Shown: positions 1 through 11,146 of the stretch, in pieces | How positions within the stretch are numbered: the stretch's first letter is position 1 | Layout: the number at the start of each line of letters is the position of its first letter | NCBI GenBank assembly: GCA_048013815.1 | Contig: CM106586.1 | Location: forward strand, 11,284,001 to 11,348,000 | Reading direction: 5' to 3' | From: Setoptus koraiensis | Taxonomy: Eukaryota; Animalia; Arthropoda | DNA length: 64,000 nt | Notes under the pieces: model-generated | Told to the model about the DNA's origin: nothing | Database searches by the model: none | What the model saw: the letters and a program-made list of their open reading frames with translations, nothing else | Made by a program: the position numbers and the translations under genes

Positions 1-745
1 ACTCTTATCAGAAATTCGAATTTTCAATTTTCGAACTCCGAACTTCGAATTGTGACCATCGAACTCTGACCACGGAACTCTGACCATCGAACACTGACCA
101 TCGAACATAGACCAAGCAGCTGAAACTCTCATCAGAAATTCGAATCTTCAATTTTCGAATTTCGAACTTCGAATCGTCACCACAGAACTCTTACCACGGA
201 ACTCTGACCATCGAACATCGAACGAGCAGATGGAACTATCATCAGAAATTCGAATTTTCAATTTCGAATTTCGAACTTCGAATTGTGACCATCGAACTTT
301 GACCACGGAACTCTGACCATCGAACATCGAACGAGCAGATGGAACTATCATCAGAAATTCGAATTTTCAATTTCGAACTTCGAAGTTCGAAATGTTACCA
401 CCGAACTCTGACCATAGAACTAAGAACACTCAACCACTAACTTTGAACGAGCAGCTAAAACTCTTATTAGAAATTCGAATTTTCAATTTTGAAGTTCGAT
501 TTGTCACCACCGAACTGCGCACAAATGTGACCTAGTCAAATCTCCATAGAATTGCATACGAAATATTTTCGAGTGAAGGGATAATAGACCAAGTCGAATC
601 TACATAGGAATACATGTGTAATGTCTAGCAGGATTCTCACAAATTTGACTAAGTCAGACCTCCATAGGATTACATAGTCACGTGAATAAACGTAGTCATA
701 ATCACCACCCCAATAGCAGCTTAATTAAAATTAAGCGCTAAAAAA
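1..745 (-). mobile_element. Helentron-associated non-autonomous element (HINE-like) copy A, truncated by the window edge, with TTCGAA-rich central tandem repeats
   Basis: Ends in the family terminus CACGTGAATAAACGTA...CTTAATTAAAATTAAGCGCTAAAAAA (to 745). Carries a ~200-bp core (530-700) also present at ~940-1100 (inverted), ~8610-8790 and ~9620-9790, and ~110-125-bp TTCGAA-rich repeat units at 1-520. Confidence 0.65.
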
Positions 746-850
746 GGAGGCCAAAGAGGAATAGGCCAAGTCTGACGAGGCCAAGCCAGAGTAAAAGACT
801 GAAGAAAAGAAGGACGAGGCCGAGGACAAGAAAGATGAGGCCAAGGATAA

Positions 851-1995
851 CAAGTGATCCTGATTCAATCAGTATCTCGAGCGCTTAATTAGCGCTTAAT
901 TTTAATTAAGTTGCTATTGGTTTGGTGTTTGTTGCTAATCTATTCACGTGACAATGTAATCCTATGGAGGTTTGACTTAGTCAAATTTGTGAGAATCCTG
1001 CTAGACATAACACATGTATTCCTATGTAGATTCGACTTGGTCTATTATCGCTTCACTCGAAAATATTTCGTATGCAATCCTATGGAAATTTGACCTAGCC
1101 GAATTAGTGAGGAGTTCGGTGGTGACAATTCACCACTTCGGAATTCAAAATTCGAATTCCTGATGACAGTTCCATCTGCCCGTTCGACGTTGGATGGTCG
1201 GAGTTCGATGGTCACAATTCCAAGGTCGAACTTCGAAATTCGAAATTGAAAATCCGAATTCCTGATGAGAGTTTCAGCTGCTCTTTCGATGTTCGATGGT
1301 CAGAGTTCCGTGGTGAGAGTTCGATGGTCAGAGTTCCGTGGTGAGAGTTCGATGGTCACAATTCGATCTTCGAAATTCGAAATTGAAAATTGAAAATTCG
1401 AATTCCTGATGACAGTTCCATCTGCTCGTTCGATGTTTGATGGTCAGAGTTCGGTGGTCAGAGTTCGATGGTCACATTTCGAACTTCGAAATTCGAAATT
1501 GAAAATTCGAATTTCTGATGATAGTTTCATCTGCTCTGTCGAAGTTCGATGGTCAGAGTTCGATGGTCAATGTTCGATGGTCACATTTCGAACTTCGAAA
1601 TTGAAAATTCGAATTTCCGATACGAGTTCCAGGTGCTTGTACACAGTTCGATGGTCACAATTTGAAGTTCGCTGGTGATAATTCGAACTTCGATGGTCAC
1701 ATTTCGAACTTAGAAATTCGAAATTGAAAATTCGAATTTCTGATGACAGTTCCATCTGCTCGTTCGATGTTCGATGGTCACATTTTGAAGTTCGGTGGTT
1801 AACAGGTTGTCATAAACTCCTTTGAATCCTTCAACAATACTTGTCCACACAAAAAATTAAGCGCTCGAAATACTGATTTGATCAGTATTACTTGTTTTCT
1901 AGTTAAAAAAAGCACTGATTTGTTCTACCCACGTGAATAAACGTAGAGCCCAGAACCACATCAATAGCTACTTAATTAAAATTAAGCGCTAAAAA
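851..1995 (-). mobile_element. Minimal (~140-bp) HINE-like element interrupted by copy B
   Basis: 851-890 is a reverse-complemented 3' end (CAAGT, stem-loop, AGCGCTTAATT). 1895-1995 resumes with a T-tract and ends in the reverse 5' terminus. Removing copy B rejoins the two halves at a T-run. The 1897-1995 part recurs at 2521-2619. Confidence 0.5.
891..1894 (+). mobile_element. Complete HINE-like element copy B (~1.0 kb)
   Basis: 5' end AGCGCTTAATTTTAATTAAG (subterminal repeat plus short inverted repeat), then core and TTCGAA repeat array. 3' end AATTAAGCGCT (inverted subterminal repeat), stem-loop AATACTGAT-TTG-ATCAGTATT, ACTTG, then TTTT. This matches the established Helentron/DINE-1 terminal architecture. 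Confidence 0.7.
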
Positions 1996-2059
1996 TTGTC
2001 AAAATCAACAAAGTCAAATTCCCATAGGGTTAACATTGTTAACGTTCAGATACCTTGAA

Positions 2060-2619
2060 TGGTTGAGCAGTTTCTGCTGTGCTATAATCTCTTAGCTACA
2101 ACGCATCTAGCTTCCCGTGCACTATATCAGAATTGTAGACAGCTTGCCTTCTGCTGTGCTAAATTCATCTAGTTAGCATCTCAGCATTGAGCGTGCTACA
2201 CTCGTCTAGTTTCAGCCACATCAGCATTGACAGTGCTGAGAAGCAGTAGTTATTCTGAATAGTATCTACTGTTCTACAATCTCCTAGTTCCAACACCTCT
2301 AGCTTCCAGTGCACTAAATCCGAATTGTATACAGCTAGCCTTCTGCTGTGCTAAATTCATCTAGTTAGCATCTCAGCTTTGAGCGTGCTAATCGCGTCTA
2401 GTAAGTGAACGCGCATAGCATTCTATGTGCTAAATTTAACTAATCAACATTGTAAGCTTTGAGTGTTCTAAATTTATCTAGTTTATTTCTCACAGTACAG
2501 CTTTCACCGTGCTATTTTTTCCTAGTTGAAAAAAGCACTGATTTGTTCTACCCACGTGAATAAACGTATCTGCCAGAACCACCCCAATAGCTACTTAATT
2601 AAAATTAAGCGCTAAAAAA
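2060..2619 (-). repeat. Degenerate ~38-bp tandem array (~192-bp higher-order duplication) ending in a HINE 5' terminus
   Basis: Recurring GTGCTAAATTCATCTAGTT-like units. CTGCTGTGCTAAATTCATCTAGTTAGCATCTCAGC occurs at ~2151 and ~2343. Terminus ...TTAAAATTAAGCGCTAAAAAA ends at 2619. Confidence 0.6.
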
Positions 2620-3477
2620 TTTGACACAGTGATACAGCTTATAGACGATCCAATATCCTTTGATCAATACATGATTGAGCAACAAACAGAAGAAATTACC
2701 TTAAATGCTTCTACAGAATAATACTGGACTAATATGATACTGGATTTTTGGTAATTAGGCGATTTGTTATAGAACGGGGGACACGTCAGCACTTGATATC
2801 GACACAAGTATTCAGTATTTGGTTGGATATGAAGTTGCTGAAAAGTCAGTTCCCATTACTGGACTAGAGATCACTGGCGGGCATGTTAATTTAGACAGAT
2901 CGATGAAAACAGATTCTCTAGTTGATTGCTACAATTAATTGTCGCGTGAGATCTTTGCGTTGTTCGCATCAGATTGCTTTACTATAATCACCACATTGGT
3001 TACGCAATGAGCATCCGCAATCATTAGTTTGATTTTCATTTCGATATAGGTGCTGCTGACGCAACAAAATAATCAAAAGTCGATGTGGGTGTGTTTGATA
3101 ATAGACAATAGATAGGTGGCGTTCAATATGCAATTAGAAATGATAGAAATCTCTCGCCAATGAACAAACTACTAACGAATTGATCACCCCGGGAAGTGAG
3201 CATACAGAAAGTGTAAGTTAGCATGGCAGTCATGTCACTGTCAATGTATAGCGGTTCCAGCTATTTAGTTCTATCATCACAGTTTTTATTTCCATGGTGA
3301 CCTAGGGTCCAACAAACTAATCAGATTTGTGTCTGTCTGATGTAATTGCCACTGCCATAAATTGCTTTCTGTATACAATTGCCGTTGCCTATAATTCTTG
3401 TTGCCTAGTCATTGCAAGGATATTCATGCACCGAGTTACTCCACCACTTTCGTCTTACTAAATCAATTAGAGGAACC

Positions 3478-3923
3478 ATGCGATTATCTAGGACTTTAGC
3501 TATTTTTCAATTACAGATGTTCATTTTTACGAACATCTTCTTGCTGGCCGCCTTTATTTGGCCCCTCACGGCACAGGTAATCTGCACCCATGAGCGGGAG
3601 CCACAATCATACAGATTATGGCCTCTGTTCAGCTTATACGAGGAGTTAAAATTGGCCAAGGATAGACTGAAAATATTACTCGAACACTATATGCAAGATG
3701 AGCAAACCTATCAGCAGCATAAAACAGCACCGGATGAAAATGGTGACTTTACCGCTGAATCAAGTCGGCAACAACAATCAGAAGAAAGTGGTACAAGCCA
3801 CAACGACGAGAGCACCGTGGGTTGTGAGTGCGATGAAGATTCATCTCTGGAGGACTTTAAATTGGCCGAAGAGAGATTAGATGAACTTATGTCAGATGTG
3901 AGAACTAGACTGATTACGAAAAC
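3478..3923 (+). CDS. Hypothetical secreted-like protein, 3' end lost in the assembly gap
   Basis: Open frame up to the gap. Hydrophobic MFIFTNIFLLAAFIWPLTA-QV resembles a signal peptide; two similar helices (LYEELKLAKDRLKILL and LEDFKLAEERLDELM) flank an acidic linker. No family recognised. Confidence 0.4.
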
Positions 3924-4423
3924 NNNNNNNNNNNNNNNNNNNNNNNNNNNNNNNNNNNNNNNNNNNNNNNNNNNNNNNNNNNNNNNNNNNNNNNNNNNNN
4001 NNNNNNNNNNNNNNNNNNNNNNNNNNNNNNNNNNNNNNNNNNNNNNNNNNNNNNNNNNNNNNNNNNNNNNNNNNNNNNNNNNNNNNNNNNNNNNNNNNNN
4101 NNNNNNNNNNNNNNNNNNNNNNNNNNNNNNNNNNNNNNNNNNNNNNNNNNNNNNNNNNNNNNNNNNNNNNNNNNNNNNNNNNNNNNNNNNNNNNNNNNNN
4201 NNNNNNNNNNNNNNNNNNNNNNNNNNNNNNNNNNNNNNNNNNNNNNNNNNNNNNNNNNNNNNNNNNNNNNNNNNNNNNNNNNNNNNNNNNNNNNNNNNNN
4301 NNNNNNNNNNNNNNNNNNNNNNNNNNNNNNNNNNNNNNNNNNNNNNNNNNNNNNNNNNNNNNNNNNNNNNNNNNNNNNNNNNNNNNNNNNNNNNNNNNNN
4401 NNNNNNNNNNNNNNNNNNNNNNN
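3924..4423. other. Assembly gap (500 N)
   Basis: Run of N. ORFs in the supplied track that cross it are artefacts. Confidence 0.99.
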
Positions 4424-5911
4424 TCACATGAGGTGTATTCAGTGAACCATGAACAAAACAACAAAGAAAAATCTCCAAAGGTCTCGCTGTTTCGGTGGAA
4501 AACTGCAAAAACCAGCGCTCTATTTTGCGAAAATCTGACGCGAGCATAGGTGGTAGGTAATATTTGCAGCAATGCGCATTCGAATTTCTAAATTTTGAAA
4601 TTTTGAAATTTCGAAAATTTCGAAATTCGACGCAAAATTTTCACAAAACAGTTCACTGGTTCTGCTGCCCGCAAGACTGGGCGACTGTCTCAAAATTTTC
4701 GACATTTTCCGCCAAAACGAAGCCAACAAAACTGCTTGTGACGCTCGTTTCGAGGCGCGCCCCACTACCCGTACTGCTGCAAGAGAGGAGGCCCTGCGGC
4801 CAGTCGCACGGCTATTTCCGTATTTGTGCCGTTCATATATGTGGGTCGAAGCAAAGTCATGTGTGCAGTCAGCAAAACACATTGTTTCTAACTGGGTGCA
4901 ACCAGGGGCCTCGTCAGACACAATTGGCGAGCGTTCAACTAGGGTTTTTTGCGTTTAGCCCGAGGGTGTCGCGGGCGCATTTTCCGCCAGGGCCCATCGT
5001 GAGTCATTGTATACATTTCGTCGGAATTGCCTGGAAATCCGGCCAGTTAAGATGCGCGGCACCAGAGATTTTCTGGCAGAAAAGAATGCCGCTGTCTCTG
5101 TTTATGACTAGATTTGAGCTCGCTCGTGCGCTATTAATTAGCGGCGATAATAATCAGTGGATCATTCGAATGAACATAATGAGTATGTCTCCGCTGGCAA
5201 ATGTCTGCACAGCTGAATGGTTTTGTTTCGACATTAGTGGCGCACGTTAGTGATGGATGCCAGTCGGGTCAGTGTGATTCACGCGTGAATCGTTGGCCCC
5301 ATTCTTCAAGAATGATTCTTGTGTCGGATTGTGTTGCAATTTTCAAACTTCGATCACTATCACAGTGGCGTACATTTCACGTATTTTATAATATATTACA
5401 TATCTGATTACATATCTGTCTGAATCATTATATAAATAGTATATGTAATGATTCATCGGATAAGCGAGTCTCGACCCGAGAGCGACGTGCGACGTTGATC
5501 GAGTTGTGATCCCAACTTCACTGAATCAGTGGCCATCTTCTGGCCAATTCGGGCGACTTTCGAGCGATTGAATCAGTGGTCATTCTTTCGGGGATCTAAA
5601 CTTAAACTCACACAGTAGATGAGCAGTTGCAATGCGAGACTCGCAGCGACAGGCGAGCTCCTTCGGAGCTTCGAAGGATGCAAGGCGCGGTGCATATCCG
5701 AGCCGCGAGACGCGCAGCTCACGAGTATTTCCAGTACCCCATGAAATTGAAGCGATTCACCTATTACATTCAATTTCGGAGAGAGAGAGAGAGAGAGTTC
5801 AGTTGCATCTTGAGAGCTGCTTCGAAGACATCTCAAATAAACACTTTCATACCTGAATCTTCCTGAATTTTCAGTGATCTTCATAACACAGCACACAAAT
5901 GTCACACCATG

Positions 5912-5974
5912 ATTGATGAGGCAGAGGACCTAGGTGATGCCGTTTGCATCTCCTGGGTCTCCTGCCTCATCAAT
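5912..5974. other. 63-nt near-perfect hairpin (29-bp stem, 5-nt loop)
   Basis: ATTGATGAGGCAGAGGACCTAGGTGATGC-CGTTT-GCATCTCCTGGGTCTCCTGCCTCATCAAT. By my count 27 of 29 stem positions pair on the + strand, including 2 G-U pairs. Confidence 0.85.
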
Positions 5975-6212
5975 AAGCAATAAGGAAGTACAAGAGCAAT
6001 ATTGAATTATTGATGCACAATAACGCAGTCCAACCAACGCATTTAATTAAGTATTTTCAAATAACGATCACAAAGTACACCAGATTAATCATAATGGCGC
6101 AAGATAACGCGTTCTGAGCATTCGAGCAATCACTGGCAGCGGAAGGTAGGACGGAGGCTGAGAAGCGGGGAGCAGTTAAGGGCCTACTGTTCTAAGATCA
6201 GCTCAAGCTATA

Positions 6213-7158
6213 CAAGTGATACTGATTCTGCGCTTAATTTTTAGCGCTTAATTTTAATTAAGCGCTAATGATGTAGTGATGTTGGATCCTAAATGGAGGA
6301 GGCAATCCACACACAAGCCTACAATTTTGAGTCACGCCCCCTCATTAGCACACAGAAAGCTACAGCCTGAATGAGACTTAAGTCGCTCCACCTCCCTAGC
6401 ACACAGTAAGCTACAGCTTGATTGAGACTTAAGTCGCTACGCTCTCTAGCACACAGTAAGCTACATACTAGTTAGAGACTTAAGTCGCTCCACCTCCTCA
6501 GCACACAGTAAGCTACACACTATTTCCAGACTTAAGTCGCTCCACCTCCTCAGCACACAGTAAGCTACAGCTTGATTGAGTCTCTCTGCTTCTTTAGCAC
6601 ACAGTAAGCTACAGCTTGATTAAGAATTAAGTCGCTCCACCTCCTCAGCACACAGTAAGCTGCAGCTTGATTGAGACTTAAGTAGCTCCGCCTCCTAATA
6701 CACAGTGCGCTACAGATATGATCGAAATCTAGGTCTGCCACCTCATCATCACATTCTAGCTGTTCAAAATTTGTTTACATGTTGTTGCTTCACAGTCTCG
6801 TGTGTAGATAGCTGGCTCTGTAGCTTGTTTACATTCGTGGTTCGAGTTCTACAATGAGACTAGAGATCATTTGTTGGTTGGGCACGAAGAAGGTTATTTC
6901 AATGGTGGGAAATTTCGCAGCACCGTAGTCCAATTCGATCAATGGTTGATTGATGTTAAAGTATCTAAACATTACACATGTTAACCTTATAGAGGTTTGA
7001 GTCTCTCAATTTCTGTGTTAAAGTATCTAAACATTACACATGCTAACCTTATGGAGATTTGAGTCTCTCGATTCCCGTGTTAAAGTATCGAAACATTACA
7101 CATGCTAACCTTATGGAGATTTGAGTCTCTCAATTTCTTTGTTAAAGTTTCCAAGAAA
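6213..7158 (+). mobile_element. HINE-like junction and element carrying 51-bp and 62-bp tandem arrays
   Basis: Same reverse-3'-end/5'-end junction as at 851-910, with a perfect palindrome AGCGCTTAATT-TT-AATTAAGCGCT at 6243-6266. About 8 copies of a ~51-bp unit (GAGACTTAAGTCGCTCCACCTCCTCAGCACACAGTAAGCTACAGCTTGATT) at ~6345-6720, and 3 copies of a 62-bp unit at ~6955-7145. Confidence 0.55.
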
Positions 7159-8832
7159 CAAGTAATACTGATCAAATCAGTATTTCGAGCGCTTAATTTT
7201 TCGTGTTGACAAGTATTGTTGAAGGATTCAAAGGAGTTTATGACAACCTGTTAACCACTGAACTTCGAAATGTGACCATCGAACATAGACCATCGAACGT
7301 GCAGATGGAACTGTCATCAGAAATTCGAATTTTCAATTTCGAATTTCGAAGTTCGAAATGTGACCATCGAACTTCGAATTGTAACCACCGAACTTCGAAT
7401 TGTGACCATCGAACTCTGTACAAGCACCTGAAACTCGTATCGGAAATTCGAATTTTTCAATTTCGAATTTCGAAATGTGACCACCGAACTTCGAATTGTC
7501 ACCATCGAACTCTGTCTAAGCACCTGGAACTCGTATCGGAAATTCGAATTTTTCAATTTCGAACTTCGAAATGTGACCATCGAACTCTGACCATCGAACA
7601 CTGACCACAGAACATCGAACGTGCAGATGGAACTGTCATCAGAAATTCGAATTTTCAATTTCGAAGTCCGAAATGTGACCATCGAACTTCGAATTGTAAC
7701 CACCGAACTTCGAATTGTGACCATCGAACTCTGTACAAGCATCTGGAACTCGTATCGGAAATTCGAATTTTTCAATTTCGAATTTCGAAATGTGACCACC
7801 GAACTTCGAATTGTCACCATCGAACTCCGACAAAGCAGATGAAACTATCATCAGAAAATCGAATTTTCAATTTCGAATTTCGAATTGTTACCACCGAACT
7901 TCGAAATGTGACCATCGAACTCTGACCATCGAACACTAACCACAGAACATCGAACGTGCAGATGGAACTGTCATCAGAAATTCGAATTTTCAATTTCGAA
8001 TTTCGAAGTTCGAAATGTGACCATCGAACTTCGACCATCCAACGTCGAACGAGCTTATGAAACTATCATCAGGGATTCGAATTTTCAATTTCGAACTTCG
8101 AATTTTCAATTTCGAACTTCGAATTTTCAATTTCGAACTTCGAATTGTGACCATCGAACTCTGACCACCGAACTCTGACCATCGAACATCGAACGAGCAG
8201 CTGTAACTCTTATCAGAAATTCGAATTTTCAATTTCGAATTTCGAAGTTCGAATTGCGACCATCGAATTGTGACCATCGAACTCTGACCATCGAACTCCG
8301 ACCATCCAACGTCGAACGAGCTTATGAAACTATCATCAGGGATTCGAATTTTCAATTTCGAACTTCGAATTGTGACCATCGAACCCTGACCACCGAACTC
8401 TGACCATCGAACATCGAACGAGCAGCTGTAACTCTTATCAGAAATTCGAATTTTCAATTTCGAATTTCGAAGTTCGAATTGCGACCATCGAATTGTGACT
8501 ATCGAACACCGAACTCTGACCATCGAACATCTAACGAGCAGATGAAACTATCATAAGGAATTCGAATTTTCAATTCTGAAGTTCGATTTGTCACCACCGA
8601 ACTCCGCACAAATGTGACCTAGTCAAATCTCTATAGGATTGCATACGAAATATTCTCGAGTGAAGCGATAATAGACCAAGTCGAATCTACATAGGAATAC
8701 ATGTGTAATGTCTAGCGGGATTCTCACAAATTTGACTAAGTCAAACCTCCATAGGATTACATAGTCACGTGAATAAACGTAGCACCCAGACCCATCCCAA
8801 TAGCAGCTTAATTAAAATTAAGCGCTAAAAAA
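7159..8832 (-). mobile_element. Complete HINE-like element copy C (~1.67 kb) with an expanded TTCGAA array
   Basis: 7159-7262 is nearly identical to the reverse complement of copy B's 3' end. About 1.3 kb of repeat units, then the core and the 5' terminus ending at 8832. Both flanks are A-runs, consistent with insertion into a T-tract on the minus strand. Confidence 0.72.
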
Positions 8833-9244
8833 GACTGAAAAATTCATTCGAAAGCCACCAAGTTCGCACTGTCGAACAGTCTATCTATGGCTATCTAGTG
8901 TGCGAAAACTGGCAATTTTATCTTGACAAACTTGGAAACTATGGCTGATCTTCGAAAACAAAATAGTGCATGGAAATGCGGATGCATCATAGCGATCAAG
9001 TATCGTTCAAATATAGATGCGAGTATGTGATAACATGTCGGAGGTGAAGATCTAAGCCTGTCGGATCAGAGTAGCCGAAAAGATGACAGAATAAATCCTT
9101 GTTCTCCAAATTGCTATCGCAGCATGATAAACATGTTGATTGCTTGCGTACGAAATTTAGTAAGATTCTAATGGTCCGTTTCGCTACAATGAGTAATTTA
9201 GTTAGACACACTAATTAGTCAATGGCGCACATTTTGTTATAGAG

Positions 9245-9835
9245 CATCAATTTCGAATTTCGAAGATCGAGTTGTGACCATCGAACTTCTACAATCGAAC
9301 TTAGAACACTGATCAGTCAACTTTGAGCGAGCAGCTAGAACTTCCACCAGGATTTCGAATTTCGAATTTCGAATTTCGAAGTTCGAAATGTGACCATCGA
9401 ACTCTGACCACCGAACTCTGACCATCGAACTTCGACGAAGCAGATGAAACTGTCGTGAGAAATTCGAAATTTCAATTTCGAAGTTCGAAGTTCGAACTCT
9501 GACCATCGAACATCGGACTCTGACCATCGAACATCGAACGGGCAGATGGAACTGTCATCAGAAATTCGAATTTTCAATTTCGAATTCCGATTTGTCACCA
9601 CAGAACCCCTCACAAATTCAACCTAGTCAAATCTCCATAGGATTGCATGCGAAATATTTTCGAGTGAAGCGATAATAGACCAAGTCGAATCTACATAGGA
9701 ATACATGTGTAATGTCTAGCATGATTCTCACAAATTTGACTAAGTCAAACCTCCCTAGGATTACATAGTCACGTGAATAAACGTATCCATCATCACTACC
9801 CCAGTAGCTACTTAATTAAAATTAAGCGCTAAAAA
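9245..9835 (-). mobile_element. Truncated HINE-like element copy D (no 3' stem-loop end)
   Basis: TTCGAA units, core and 5' terminus ...ATTAAGCGCTAAAAA ending at 9835. Confidence 0.62.
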
Positions 9836-10411
9836 GAATGAGCTAACTGAGAATAGTAGCAGCAGGAAGAAGCGAGCGAGAGTATAGACAGCGAATAAGA
9901 TTGGTGTGCACGGCGTATCATATATCCCAAAATAAACTTACAACAACTTATGAAAAACAAGACACGCCTCTTGCTGCGGCCAAAAAGATGAGTCAAAACT
10001 TTTCTCTTCCTTACTAGCCCCACCGCTCCGAAACTGTAGTCTGGTAGATAGCGAGTGAAGTTTAGAGGGAGAAGGGAGCTCTTCCCATCACTATAGCACT
10101 TAGGTAAACTGCTTTTCACTTTGCACACAAAGTTTTATTAAAAGTATTACAATTGTTGTAAAAAAAGTTGAGCTCTGTTCAGTATGTAAATAGGCGACCA
10201 GTTTCATAAGCACGTAAATATTACGACGCTGCATGACACATAATGAGTGAGCGATGCGACAGTTACGATGATATTACCGTAGGATATTACTGTAGTTTGC
10301 CTGTAATTTCCTCTGTTTTATTGCCCAACATTGACCACAATCTCACAATCTGACTAAGTGGTTGCGAGCTAAGCTCACACAACAACTAATATCGCACAAT
10401 TTCCATTACAG

Positions 10412-10854
10412 GTCAGCTCAGCCAAGTGACGCCTCACAATACAGAGTGATATAATATCTTGAAGAAGCACAGCTCCTAGTTTGATCAGCGATACTCACAC
10501 TTGTAGCTAGAGATCCCCTAACAAATCAACCAATCAAAAATATTATGAAGATGACCGAAAGCGATCCTAAGAACTTGTTCAACGTTGAACCTGCAGGAAT
10601 AGTCAGAATTGCTAAAAAGGTACGATGTCTCCGGTCATGCTAGTGAATTGTTCGATATAGATTCAGCAGGATCAATATTCATTAGACGAAACGTTAGACT
10701 CGACAGAGAGTTGGAATCAATGTATTTACTGCAAGTAACTGCCAGTGATTGCAATAAAAACCAATCTTCTGATCTTGACCAGTCCGGTTGCAGTCGATCT
10801 TTTACATTTGTAACAATCAAGGTCTTGGATGAGAACGACAACAGGCCTCAATGG
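10412..10854 (+). pseudogene. Cadherin-repeat fragment, disrupted
   Basis: Second part reads FDIDSAGSIFIRRNVRLDRELESMYLLQVTASDC...VTIKVLDENDNRPQW (LDRE, A-x-D and DxNDNxP cadherin motifs). First part reads ILTLVARDP...DPKNLFNVEPAGIVRIAKK in a different frame, with two stop codons just upstream. Confidence 0.7.
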
Positions 10855-11146
10855 GTCATGCTGAATCAGGCCGGAGATTACGATGCAACGATACTCATAC
10901 GATACTTATATTCGCCCTACAGCCAAACAGCAGCGCTCGCAATCTCGAATTGGATTCGGTGCGCAGGCGCATTCGAATTCGAACTTAGTTCGAACTCGAA
11001 CTAATTTCGAACTTGTCGGCATCGTGATCGTCAGCAACGCCACAACAACAATCAACTTCCATGCAACAGCAACTATCAACTATCAACTTCCATACAACAA
11101 CAACAATCAACTTCCATAAAACAACAACAACAAGCTAAATGTAACC

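Noticed and set aside
3412-4572. Long ORFs crossing the N gap
   Set aside because: They appear open only because N codons contain no stops.
1-9600. TTCGAA arrays as a CRISPR array
   Set aside because: The context is eukaryotic, the sequence between repeats is itself repeated rather than unique spacers, and there are no cas genes.
1-9600. GAA/TTC-rich repeats as heat-shock elements
   Set aside because: HSEs need GAAnnTTCnnGAA spacing; here the spacing is mostly TTCGAA (0 nt) and GAAnTTC (1 nt).
148-9613. Satellite-derived ORFs (MTVPSARSMFDG..., MVTIRSS...)
   Set aside because: They are translations of tandem repeats on both strands with no protein-like content.
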